Assembly (NCBI GenBank): GCA_003568945.1
Contig: BDIP01000001.1
Coordinates: 1-35,340, forward strand
Reading direction: 5' to 3'
From: Kipferlia bialata
Lineage: Eukaryota
DNA: 35,340 nt
In this document: piece after piece, positions 21,577 through 32,264 of the stretch
Layout of the letters: each line of letters starts with the position of its first letter
How positions within the stretch are numbered: the stretch's first letter is position 1
Made by a program: the position numbers and the translations under genes
The notes under the pieces: generated by a model
The model's input: the letters and a program-made list of their open reading frames with translations, nothing else
Databases searched by the model: none
What the model was told of the DNA's origin: nothing

Positions 21577-24500
21577 ATATATATTTCATGCATCTGACTC
21601 CTAGCCGTCCTGTTGACAATAACAACGCCGACAAGGCCATCAAGGCCCTCCTTCGCATGATGTGTGAACAGCTGGACGGGGTCAAGGTCCTAAGAGACAA
21701 GTGAGTGACTGAGTGTGTATATACATACTCTTAGAGTACCATTCACCCCAGTCGTCAGCTAGGCCCGATGCTTCTAGTCTTCGACAGTATATGAACATTA
21801 GTACATCTATATATGGATTTGGATACATTGGGGTAGCCTTTCCCCCTCACCCCAGGCGTCAGCTAGGCCCCATGCCCCTAGTCTTTGATGTCCTGTACCC
21901 TTTATCCAGGACAGACACATACAACTGGACACCGGCACAGCTCACAGAGTGGAGGTATGGATACAAGTACATACAGTATATACTGTGGTCTTGACAACTA
22001 TAAATGTAAGGGTACAGTTCACACTATGACCACATCTTCTCTGAACACCCACACAGCTCACAGAGTGGAGGTATGGATATGTGACTTGATTGCAGTATGG
22101 ACAAAACTACCAAGTGCTTATTGTTGTTTCTTCTCTATTATTTGTGTATTATGTATATTACTATTGTATATATCTGTTTCTTTACGCTGCCTCCTTCTCT
22201 TTCTGACCCTAGGCAGGACCGAGGCTACTCCAGGCCCCTGATACCCAGGAAGCACATCGAGGTAGGGGACAGTTATATACCTATATATACTATTACTCCC
22301 TTATAGTATATGCAAATAGAGGTAGGGGACAGTTATGCATATATATATAGTATATAGGTTGGAGACAGGGTAGCACCACCTCTCTTCACCCACCCATGAA
22401 GAGTGTGATACTGACTAGGATAATATGAATATGTAAGTATAAGAGTGGGTGTGTATGTGTAAGTATCTGACCCCAGGACACTCTTCACGAGTACCGGCGG
22501 ATGCTGCAGGAGAGGGAGAGAGACACCGAGGCAGGGGGAGAGGGAGAGAGGGATAGAGACCTGCTAGACGAGGGGTCTGACTATGAGGGTATAGGCGAGG
22601 GTGCGGAGAGGGAGAGAGAGAGAGACATGGACATGGACATGGGCCTTGTCTCTGGTGTCTCTCCCACTGTGAATAAGGGTCCAGGGGCAGTGACACAGAC
22701 GGACAGAGCACTCACCAACACAGACATCATCATGTTGTTTAATAGGTCGAGGTGTGGGATCTACGCATTGTATGAGTTGATCCATTTCCTTTTGTGTATA
22801 CATACACCTCACCCCAACTCCCTGTATATAACCTCATCCCCTCCTTCAAAGAGGTGGTCACAGAATATGGCAGTATATACAATGTCACATACTCTATCAC
22901 TTTCTGTAGAGACGAAATTACTCTTTTCCTAACCCCCAGTTCTCTCCTCCCCTCCTTCACTGACGGTCTGGTCTCCTTTCTGTTCATGTATATATATATA
23001 TATATTCGTCTCTCACCCTAGCTCCCTCCTCCCTTCCTTCCCTGATGGTCTGGTCACCTTCCTGTCCATGTTCCCTAGGTGCAGGACACATCTCACGGTG
23101 GTGTGCCACAAGACACTGACAGAGGTATTTATGCTATGTATACTAATGATATGGTATGCTTAGTAAGTAAAGATATATGGGTGGAGATAATGTGTATAGT
23201 GTCTATTGCACACCTGACCGTGGTGTGCCACAAGACACTAACAGAGGTATGTATAAGATATATATAGATGTACACATGTGCATTTTTGTTTATGTATACC
23301 CATCCCACCCCAGACCCCCCTGCTTGAGCTGACCCGTACCTGTGAGGCCATGTGCATACCACTCACACTCGTCAACAGCATAGGTACATTGATGTATAGT
23401 ATGTACAGAGTACAGTATACTCATATACTCATATATATATTGTGGACTGTGTTTCGGCTTCCAGTACACAATTCTCTACTCCAGCCTTTCTATTCATCCA
23501 TATATGTACTCTCTAACTACTCATTCCACCAGCCCTCTGTATATACTCACCCGTCAGCCCACCTTGACAGGCTGTGCTCCAGTGTGCTGTCCTCACACAC
23601 AGCCAGGGCATCGGTGCAGACAACACTGAGAGGGGCACTAGGTATATAGGGACATATATATATATGTATGAGAAATATATTTACATTTATATGAGTGTAC
23701 AGCAAGGGCATCGGTGCAGACAACACTCAGGGGGGCACTAGGTACGGTTGTATATATATATATGTATGTAAACATATATAGAAGTATACACTCAGGGCAT
23801 GGTAGTTGTATGTATAATATTTACACAAGACATGTATTTGTATGCCCTCTCACTATCAGTTGTTGGGTGTGCCACCGGTGCCAATGCCGTCCCCCTAGAG
23901 ATCATGGGCCCTGAGGGGGTATTGGAACAGCTGGTGGGGAAGGGGGCAGAGGTGGGGATTTACAATAACTGATACTACACTAGATAGGTATATAGGTACA
24001 CTACACAGTATATATGTATATATACCATGGGGTGCTGGAACAGCTGGTGGGGAAGGGGGCAGAGGTATGGGTATGAGTATATAGTTATACTATGCACTCC
24101 TATCTCTTCTTTCCTCTGTAAACCAGTGACATAGTTAGGTTGTGTCTCCCCCTTACCCTCAGACTTCTTCTGGACCCCGACCCCCTCTCCCCTCCCACCT
24201 CTCTGCCCATGCGTCCACCCATGCCTCCATGGCACAGGCATCTGCATACACAGACGACCACTCCTACAACGATATGGAGATGTCACACAGTCACAGCGTG
24301 ACACATAGGGGGTCAGAGAGGGAGAGGGAGAGTAGACATGGCAGGAGAGAGAGGAGGGAGAGTGGGGGTGTGCCTAGTGCTGGGTCCAACCTTCCCACTC
24401 TTGAGATGCAGGTGGCGGAGCAACTAGGGTACGCAGTGGCTCTCTCTCTATCTCTCCTTCTCTGTCTCCTATCGTATCTCTAACCCTCTAGCTGTGCGTG

Positions 24501-25003
24501 TATACTGCTGGTCTCCACCAAGGCAGCCCTCAAGCCAGCACTCGACGCAATAGGTACAGTTGGGTGAATAATGGTGTTTTCAGTGGATATTCTGCGAATA
24601 GTAGAGCAGGATGAATATAGCCGTATTCATAGTAATGGTGTATCTCTGATCCTCTAGGCCGTGCAGCAGACAGGGGCGGTGAGGCCGGTGCTGTGCTGCG
24701 AGTGGATGTGTGTGGACAGGAGATAGACTGGTGGAAGCAGGTACAGACATGTATGTGCATATATACATTCCAGGTTGAGCAGCACCTGTGTCCCTTCTAT
24801 ATATCTCTCTCTGTCCCTCTGTGTCTTTACATTCGTATATATATATCGTTACATTCGTATATAAGTATCCCCCTCATTGATAGGTTGAGCAGCACCTGTG
24901 TGGCAAGCACCTCTCTGCGGTGTGTGTGTACAGGGACAGTGTGGTGCCTGTGGTGCTGTCGGTCAGGGAGAACGACATATCGGTGTCCATCATACCCACG
25001 TGA
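20173..25003 (+). CDS. Large hypothetical multi-exon protein (about 14 exons); one exon probably missing near the poly-C tract at 20568-20646
   Basis: A phase-consistent chain of GT-AG exons runs from 21185 to TGA 25001-25003. Exon 1 (ATG 20173) does not join in phase to 21185. No domain recognised. Confidence 0.6.
20568..20646. repeat. Long poly-C tract
   Basis: About 80 nt of C with a few T. Confidence 0.85.
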
Positions 25004-25512
25004 GACACGGGGTGTACGGCCTATGGGACAGGCTCCCAGGTTCTGGACTGCTCCATTGTACACCATCAGTATAAGCCAAACAGATAGGGAGACTGTGTTA
25101 TTGCTGGTCCGACCCCTGATTAGACACAGATGGATACGTCGGGTGATACGGAATGAGTATCCTTCCGGTGGACACTGATATTGCTGGATGGAGTGGGTAC
25201 TTCATCATTGGTTCCTGGTGTATGGCGACCCCCATCGCCGCTCTGGTTGTCTCCCCAGCACCGCATACAGCTGTGGTGGCGTCACTTGGTCTATCCAGTG
25301 ATGGGGGGATGGCTATGGTCACATATGTATGGGGTGATGCATATAACAGGTGTCGTTCACCGACTCGGCCGGTATGTCTCCGACATAACATACATCCATG
25401 TTGCATTGGTTTCCCACACAATGCAATAGACAAGGATGAGTGATCATTGATCTGTATAGACCACATGTTCTTCCCCTTGATTAGGGAGGCTATTATATGA
25501 CACTTTAATATT

Positions 25513-25652
25513 GTGGATGCAGTGGCTGAACGGTTATTCTCGACACTATTGTGTCGTTGCCCCGTGCAAGTCTCAGTATATAACTGGACATTGATCAGAC
25601 GGTTCACCGCCGTACCTGACCGTAGGTGGTTCGATTCCACCCGTCCGCACCA
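25513..25652 (+). ncRNA. tRNA-like element: canonical T-arm, 3' acceptor strand, discriminator and encoded CCA, but non-canonical 5' part
   Basis: GGTGG-TTCGATT-CCACC (25625-25641), CGTCCGC (25642-25648), A, CCA (25650-25652). GTGGATG at 25513-25519 can pair with the acceptor strand using two G-U pairs. Confidence 0.4.
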
Positions 25653-25759
25653 TTTATATATACACTACACTGGGTGTATATGCACGATTTCTTGAGGGAA
25701 TCATTGAAGCTATAGGCCATGGGTTCAATCCTCTGACTTTTTGCTCTCCGACTTGTGTG

Positions 25760-25805
25760 GATCGGTCACCGATCAGCCACACCGATTCGGTGTGGCTGAG
25801 TTTTT
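25760..25805. promoter_or_regulatory. Overlapping perfect palindromes followed by a T-tract, upstream of the Ubl gene
   Basis: GATCGGT-C-ACCGATC (25760-25774) and TCAGCCACACCGA-T-TCGGTGTGGCTGA (25773-25799), then GTTTTT. Confidence 0.45.
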
Positions 25806-25933
25806 GGTATCGAGGTCTACACCCTTTTCAGGTGTTTGCCAAAAGGGTTCACCCAACGTGATAGTCGTGTAGTGGAACCGTGTATGGCCTCTTCAGGATT
25901 ACCCACACGCGTCTCTTTAACCAACCAGCGACA

Positions 25934-27849
25934 ATGACCATCGGACTTCTGCTTCACAACGTGAGGGACCCTGTCCACATGATCAGGGTGGACTGTGCTA
26001 CTTTCAAGACACCAATGGATGTCCACAGGTACTAGTTATGACCTCCTTTCCCCCATACACGATGTTTGTTCCACTCATTTTAGTGCCGTGTCTACCCTTA
26101 TGCGTGACCACGACGTGACTGTCTACTGCAACGGCATAGTGGTGGATACCCATACCACTGAGTCTTCCCTTCAGGAGGGGGCCATATGGGGTTACTCTGC
26201 AGTACCCACCGCCACCGACCCATCTCCAGAGGTCACAGGAGCCACAACAGGGTTCTACACTCTCACAGTGCGTACCCTCGCTGGAAGGTCTCTCCCAATA
26301 GGCTTACCAGAGGGTGCCACTGTCGCTGATCTGAAGTGGGCCATCGCTGCCCGGGAGGGAACTAAACCATCCCAACAGAGACTGATATTTGCTGGAAAGC
26401 TGTTGGACTCGGCACACACTCTTGATCACTACAACATACAGTCTGGTGCCACACTACACCTCGTACTACACCTCAGGTAAGGAACCACTGGGGTACTCAC
26501 TACTTCCATAATGGAAGTACGCAATATTGTACTCTACTGGCCATGCCCGTAATACTCCTAATATCTAGGGGAGGCCTGGGTGCACCCCATGCGGATCTGA
26601 AGTCAGACGCACTGACATTGTCAACGTCATACGACTGTGAGGACAGTGTACCAGGCGAAGACGTACGTGTTATGTAGTGTTCCGTTGTTTAGCAGTTACT
26701 GTCTCTCGATCTGGTTTCACGGCATTTGTGTATGACTGCATCACGGGACTATCCCGTATATCGGCGTAATGACTCCAGGTAGGGGAGGGACTGACCATTG
26801 AGGGAGTGTGTCCCAACACTGAGTGCAAGGCACTGGGACGCCGGGTAGGGTTCTACCAGCACAAAGACACCTTCCAGTTAGGCAGAGGTATGAAATTTAC
26901 AACACACTTAGACACCTCATCCTCCAGTGTTATTGCAACTTACTCATTGATTCTCTCACACCTAGATGTCACTGATTGTGTGTGCCCCCTGTGCCGCTGC
27001 CCCATGCGTCCACTAGTGGTAGGGGTGCTGGGCAGTACTATGGAGGTGTCAGGTGGAGTATCCGAAGTAGGATGTAGTGAATGGTAGACGCAATACACAT
27101 ATAGCATCCTGTCTCACTCCAGTCTTCACCCCTGGCACATCCGTCTCCCCTCCATCTTGCACAGTGTACCCACCAGTAGTGGGAACAGACGACATCTACA
27201 GCCGTTTCCCCCTCTCTCGTCTGGGGGTTGTCCCCAAGGGAGCTGTGGTCAGGTGCTACTGTACCAAGTGTCGCTATGACAAGAGAGAGCTAACGTGCCT
27301 GTGGTGTGCCCAGTCAGTGGAGGGCGAGGGGGAGAACAAGAGTGCAGAGGGGTGGTGCTGCTGTGACCGGCACAGAGAGATGGTGAGTAGTACAGGAGAT
27401 TATTGTGAATCTTTCAATAGCTGCGTATTCATCAATCAGTGGACGTGTTCCAGGCTTCAAGCTCTCTGGGGCCGTTACTTGACCAATTCCTCTCTATGCA
27501 TGTCTCTTCTATTGGCTGACCCCAGGTCCATGCCAGGTGCTACAAGCAGATGATACCCTCAACTACCAGTGGGAACATAGGTGGTCAGTGCAAGGTCTGT
27601 GCCCTGTGTGTCAGTGTGTGTGGGGGTGAGAGTGCCAGTGTGTTCTACCAGGAGGAGGATGCAGAGGAGGTCAGTCACGATCATCATTCTCCAATGAACA
27701 GTATGTACTGATGTTCATCCAATGGGGTAAATTGTTCCTACTCACCCCAGGCTGATGTTATTGGGCAGGGTGGCCTACCCCCTCAAACTGGGGCAATTGA
27801 CCAAGAATCGGTGGGGGTGGGCATGATGGTAAAGCAGCCAGTGTGCTAG
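25934..27849 (+). CDS. Ubiquitin-like (LRGG) + Cys-rich zinc-ribbon + RING/PHD-like protein, 8 exons
   Basis: [10 protein letters not shown]...[29 protein letters not shown]...[22 protein letters not shown], then [15 protein letters not shown]...CPLC, then CLWC...[15 protein letters not shown]...CKVC. TAG 27847-27849. Confidence 0.8.
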
Positions 27850-28552
27850 GGATGTTGGTGCCCCGCTTTGGTGTTTCGCATATTCAATAGAGGCAGAGCT
27901 TACAATATATCCCACCCAGAACCATTGCTAATATACCAAATAGCGACAGGTTGCGAGCACGATTGTGATCTCATACACCATACTGGTCATACTTGCTGTG
28001 ACATTATTCTTTATTCGGATACTCCCTCACCCTGACCTGAGTATGTTCTCTCTACACAGCAGTGTGTGGCAAACCTTCATTCTAAACCAAGGCTCGAAGG
28101 GTACAGCGGCTGTGCCGCACAGTCACACAACAGTAGCCTCAGCGAAATGCTCTTGTTTAGTAGTTCTTGTATAGTAGATATGTCATGCAGAATTGGACTA
28201 CTCGTCGGAACTGTGAGTGTACCGCATTGGCGTTTGTAACATGTAGACACAATACCACTACACCAGCGCTATCGTCTCTTAGACAACAGAGACTTACTCA
28301 CTCACACTCAATTCCCAAGCAAGTGAGGTCCGATCCTTTTACAGCTTGTTAACAGAGATATTTAGTCATGTACCTGCCGACAGAAGAATCTCTTGGACAT
28401 CTTGTCTCTACAGGCTTGTAGACTACAGTGACTCTCTTTGGCCCACTACAGTCCCACCTAAGTACATTGTGAGAAAGGTGTGCATCTCCTCTAGTCCTCC
28501 CTTTCAACATCAGTACTTGATACTACCTAGAGTGTCTGTTCGAAACTCTTAC

Positions 28553-29521
28553 ATGCGTGTCAAGTGGGTGCCTCTTCGCCTAAGAGATGCCGATATTGAG
28601 GGAGGTATAGTGCAGACCCAGCCAAACCAGGTCATGTTTCTGACCCTGGATGAGACCAACCTGCCTAGTTTTACAGTCACCAGGCTAAGCAACGGCAAGT
28701 ACAAAACCTCTAGGGGTGAAGAGCGCACATGCGTTGATGACCTGGTCGTTGCCGCTCACGTTGGGGAGGTGTGTGTGCTACGGGAAATGTCACTTGACGA
28801 CTGTAACGGAGATGTATGTCCCATGTATATGAACATTCTTCCGGTGGACACCCTTAAGTGGTCGGTCTCCGTACTACACAACCCTCCCCACCCATTTGCT
28901 GTGAGACACTCATTCACCCTCAGTGGCTGCTGGTACCTGATGGGATATCGGCTGGAGGATGGAAAGAACGTCGCTTGCATTGAGGTCCTGGATCTATCAA
29001 CCCGTACATGGAGAGACTCCTCAGTATTCACTGTCTCTGGCCGGTACACAGCCCATAGCGTCTGGGGTGACACAGTCTACCTATGCAATCAGACAACCCA
29101 ATCCATAGACACGTTCACTCAGTCACACGGGTTCCAGCCACTCTCTCCAGTCCCTTTCAAGCCAGGAGCCCACTTCTGGTGTACCAGCATTGTAGCCTTT
29201 GAGCGCCACCTCATCCTGCTTGCCGCGGAGGTTGGCGAGAGACACGAGTGGAGTCACCTTCGTGTATACTGCATGTGTCTCGTCTCTGGTGAGTGGGTGT
29301 ACTGGGGCAGACACCGCACCTCATCAAGACGTGGCACTGCACCAACAGAGCTTGGAATCTTCCCCCGATTCCTGGGACTGTCCATGGGACCTTCGACCCT
29401 ACTGGTGGTCATGCGTACAGACAGTGAAGAGGAGCGTCTGTCGCAGGCAAACACTGCTGAACTGACCTTCCCCCCAGGAGATGATGTGGTGTCAGCAGCT
29501 CAGTGGCAGATAGAGGGGTAG
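28553..29521 (+). CDS. Intronless divergent Kelch-like beta-propeller protein
   Basis: Blade-like repeats (SFTLSGCWYLMG, EVLDLSTRTW, SVWGDTVYL, YCMCLVSGEW); clear paralogue of 30031-31077. Confidence 0.75.
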   Translation: MRVKWVPLRLRDADIEGGIVQTQPNQVMFLTLDETNLPSFTVTRLSNGKYKTSRGEERTCVDDLVVAAHVGEVCVLREMSLDDCNGDVCPMYMNILPVDTLKWSVSVLHNPPHPFAVRHSFTLSGCWYLMGYRLEDGKNVACIEVLDLSTRTWRDSSVFTVSGRYTAHSVWGDTVYLCNQTTQSIDTFTQSHGFQPLSPVPFKPGAHFWCTSIVAFERHLILLAAEVGERHEWSHLRVYCMCLVSGEWVYWGRHRTSSRRGTAPTELGIFPRFLGLSMGPSTLLVVMRTDSEEERLSQANTAELTFPPGDDVVSAAQWQIEG

Positions 29522-30030
29522 GACGTACCCGTATGGGACAGGTGACAATGAATGGGTGTAAGTTACACCGTGGAACGCTATTTAGACCCGATGCGTATAA
29601 ATGGAGTGTCAGGTGTCGCCAGGTAGGGTCAGATGACAAGGAGAGAATATAGGGCGAAAGAACACTATGTGAGTATCTCTAGAGCTCAACAGGGGAAGTG
29701 TGATTGACTCACAGCTTGGCTGTAGTAATCTTCTAACTCCATACTTGCACAGGTCTTACACTTGTAAGAGTATGTACAGGTTGGTACACAGTGTCAATGT
29801 GCTGACAATGGGCTCTATTTACATCTTCCCTTCACCATACTTGGGTTATCCAGGCCAAAATATACAAATATTCAGCCGCAGTCACACCTTACCGTACCAC
29901 TCTCACATGGTATTCTTTATGATAAGGTTGCGTCTATGAATACAGTTTCTTGGTATTAGTTGACTGAAAAGAGCACCTGCGGCCCGCCACTACACCTCGT
30001 AATATTGGACTCTCAATTCTCTCTCCCCCC

Positions 30031-31077
30031 CTATTGTCTCCTCTGGTGGTCCGGGTCCATCACGTTCCACCTCCCAGCAGACTCATAGTCATCCCCGGGG
30101 GGTAGCGTAACAGTGCCAGTCAAGTAAGTGGGCATCATCGTTGGGGTAGTGTTGACAAAGAACAGGACGCCTCCTCCTATGTGAGCGCAGAAGCCAAATT
30201 GTACTTCAGTCTCGCTATCCATCGCTGGATACTCAGTCCACTCCTGGGACACCGATGAATAGGAGAATATCCTGACCGGGCCATGCTCGTCCTCTCCGTC
30301 AGCATCCTCTGTAGCCCTCAAGAAGAAGTGGCGTCCAACCGTCACCATATCGGTCACGTACATCATCTCGGGAATACCACCCATGCTCTTGAACCCTTCT
30401 CCCTCCCCGTAGGATACCAGAGTGAAAGCGTCGTATTTGTAACCTATGAAGTAGGGAATATCACCCACCACAGTCCCGATGCCTAACCCGGGGGGTATCC
30501 CTGTCTCTAGATCAAGCTCACCCCACTCGTTTGATAGGGTGTCGTATGTCAGTATGGTGTTCTTGGTGTGCTTGTCATCGCGCAGCTCCTCATTGGGTAC
30601 ACCCACTACTTTGGTGGAACTACCCACTATGTACCAGATGTCGCCCAGAACAAAGGAGAGCGCAGGCTCCATCCGAACAGGTACCTCAGAGGCTGGATAG
30701 ACTGTGCACTCTCTGGTGTCAAGAGAGAGAGCCACCACACTGCCCTCACTTGTGAACTCTGAGTATCGCAACTCGTCTGATCCCCAATGAGCTGACATGA
30801 ACATGTATATCCTGCCTCCGATATGGGCCATACACCCACTGACCACAGGGTCTCGGAAGGGCAAGACTATCACCTCTTCTCCCAATGTACCATCACTCTT
30901 CCTAGTGACAATAACACACGCTATTCTCGTGTTCTCCAGCGGTATGGCATCATCAGGATGGCCTTCCCTCTGTAAGCCTCCCACAAACGCAACCTGATTC
31001 TCAGATATCTGCACAATTGCAGTTGGGTCAGATATACGCGCCTCTAAGGACACAAAGGCCCAGGATATATGCGCCAT
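30031..31077 (-). CDS. Intronless divergent Kelch-like beta-propeller ORF (may be the last exon of the gene starting at 32027)
   Basis: AHIGGRIYMF, SFVLGDIWYIVG, TYDTLSNEW, FSYSSVSQEW. Shares the C-terminal motif PPGDD..SA..W with 28553-29521. Confidence 0.78.
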   Translation of the reverse strand: MAHISWAFVSLEARISDPTAIVQISENQVAFVGGLQREGHPDDAIPLENTRIACVIVTRKSDGTLGEEVIVLPFRDPVVSGCMAHIGGRIYMFMSAHWGSDELRYSEFTSEGSVVALSLDTRECTVYPASEVPVRMEPALSFVLGDIWYIVGSSTKVVGVPNEELRDDKHTKNTILTYDTLSNEWGELDLETGIPPGLGIGTVVGDIPYFIGYKYDAFTLVSYGEGEGFKSMGGIPEMMYVTDMVTVGRHFFLRATEDADGEDEHGPVRIFSYSSVSQEWTEYPAMDSETEVQFGFCAHIGGGVLFFVNTTPTMMPTYLTGTVTLPPGDDYESAGRWNVMDPDHQRRQ

Positions 31078-31305
31078 TCTGCCCTCTCTCTCTGCCTCTC
31101 TCTCTGGCTGTCTCTCTGTGTCCGAGGGGATTAGACAAGGCCTGAAAGTGAGGATATATCGGTGAGAAAGAAGGATACATACTTTCACGTACATATATAC
31201 ATATACACTGACACATCACGTGGAGATACGCAAGGAGTACTTATAGGGAGGGGGATACTACATAAGTGAATAGAGGGGATAAGATGTAGGTGGTGATACA
31301 CGAAA

Positions 31306-31349
31306 GGGGGGGGGGGGGGGGGGGGGGGGGGGGGTGGGGGGGGGGAGAG

Positions 31350-31388
<39 letters not shown>
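31306..31388. repeat. Long poly-G tract
   Basis: About 80 nt of G with sparse A/T. Confidence 0.85.
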
Positions 31389-31389
<1 letters not shown>

Positions 31390-32027
31390 GAGAGAGAGAG
31401 ATATGAGTGTGGATCCAAAGTCGGGGGAGGCAGTCTGAGGGTAATGGAGAGATGTAGATATACTCATAGACATAGAGAGAGACTAACCAGTAGTTACAAA
31501 CTATACCTGTGACTGGGAGGGTGTGGCTGGGTTGGAGTGGGATCTGAAGTGGGGTCTCTGGGGGCTGGAGGGAGAGAGGCTGGAGTCACGGGTCAGCTGG
31601 GACCTGGGGTGAGAGTAATACATATTTACATGCCTCTGGGATATAGAGTAGAGGATTCACACATGTCACAGCATGTATCTATACAGAGTAGAGTGTACCT
31701 CTTGGGGGGTGTCTTCTTGGCCTTGCTCAGTGGCACGAGGGGTACATCGGGCCTAGGGGTGAGGGCTATCTACAAACAGTAATAGAAGCACCAATAACGC
31801 ATCTCCCTGCATATCCACCCATAATATGTACCTAGGCTCCACTATCTGGCCTATCCCTGCCTCGGGGGGAGAGAGAGCAGAGAGGGGGGCCTTTGCAGAC
31901 GCCTCGGACAGGTCTTCCTGGTATAAGAACACATATACATCACAAATATGGGCAAAGAGGGTGAGGGGGGGTATATGAGGTCCATCTGTACCTGTGGGGG
32001 GGAACCAGCTTCCATTTCGGCAGACAT
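31390..32027 (-). CDS. Ser/Pro-rich hypothetical protein, 5' exons; continuation is lost in the poly-G tract
   Basis: MSAEMEAGSPPQ|EDLSEAS...EPR|PDVPL...KKTPPKR|SQLTRDSS...SQSQ|TASPDFG with phase-consistent GT-AG introns. Confidence 0.6.
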
Positions 32028-32264
32028 ATGGGCTGGTACACCGTGAGAAGCGACGAAGCAGGCGGCAGGTGCTGCGTTGAGCTGTTGACGTCTGCTAATG
32101 GCTCCGATTGCAAGTATACAGTGATTGGCATCTTGATTGGTTACTGTAGAGATGCATCTCTGTAATGGCACGTTTAATACGTTTGAACCTTTACTCACAA
32201 TCGTGATAGATATTAGCTACCCTTTGGCTATTGAACAACTAGATGTCTTCCTGTCACACTTAGC

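Noticed and set aside
25098..25640. 180-aa minus-strand ORF and overlapping small ORFs
   Set aside because: Non-ATG start, no recognisable motif, and no coding-like codon bias or splice structure.
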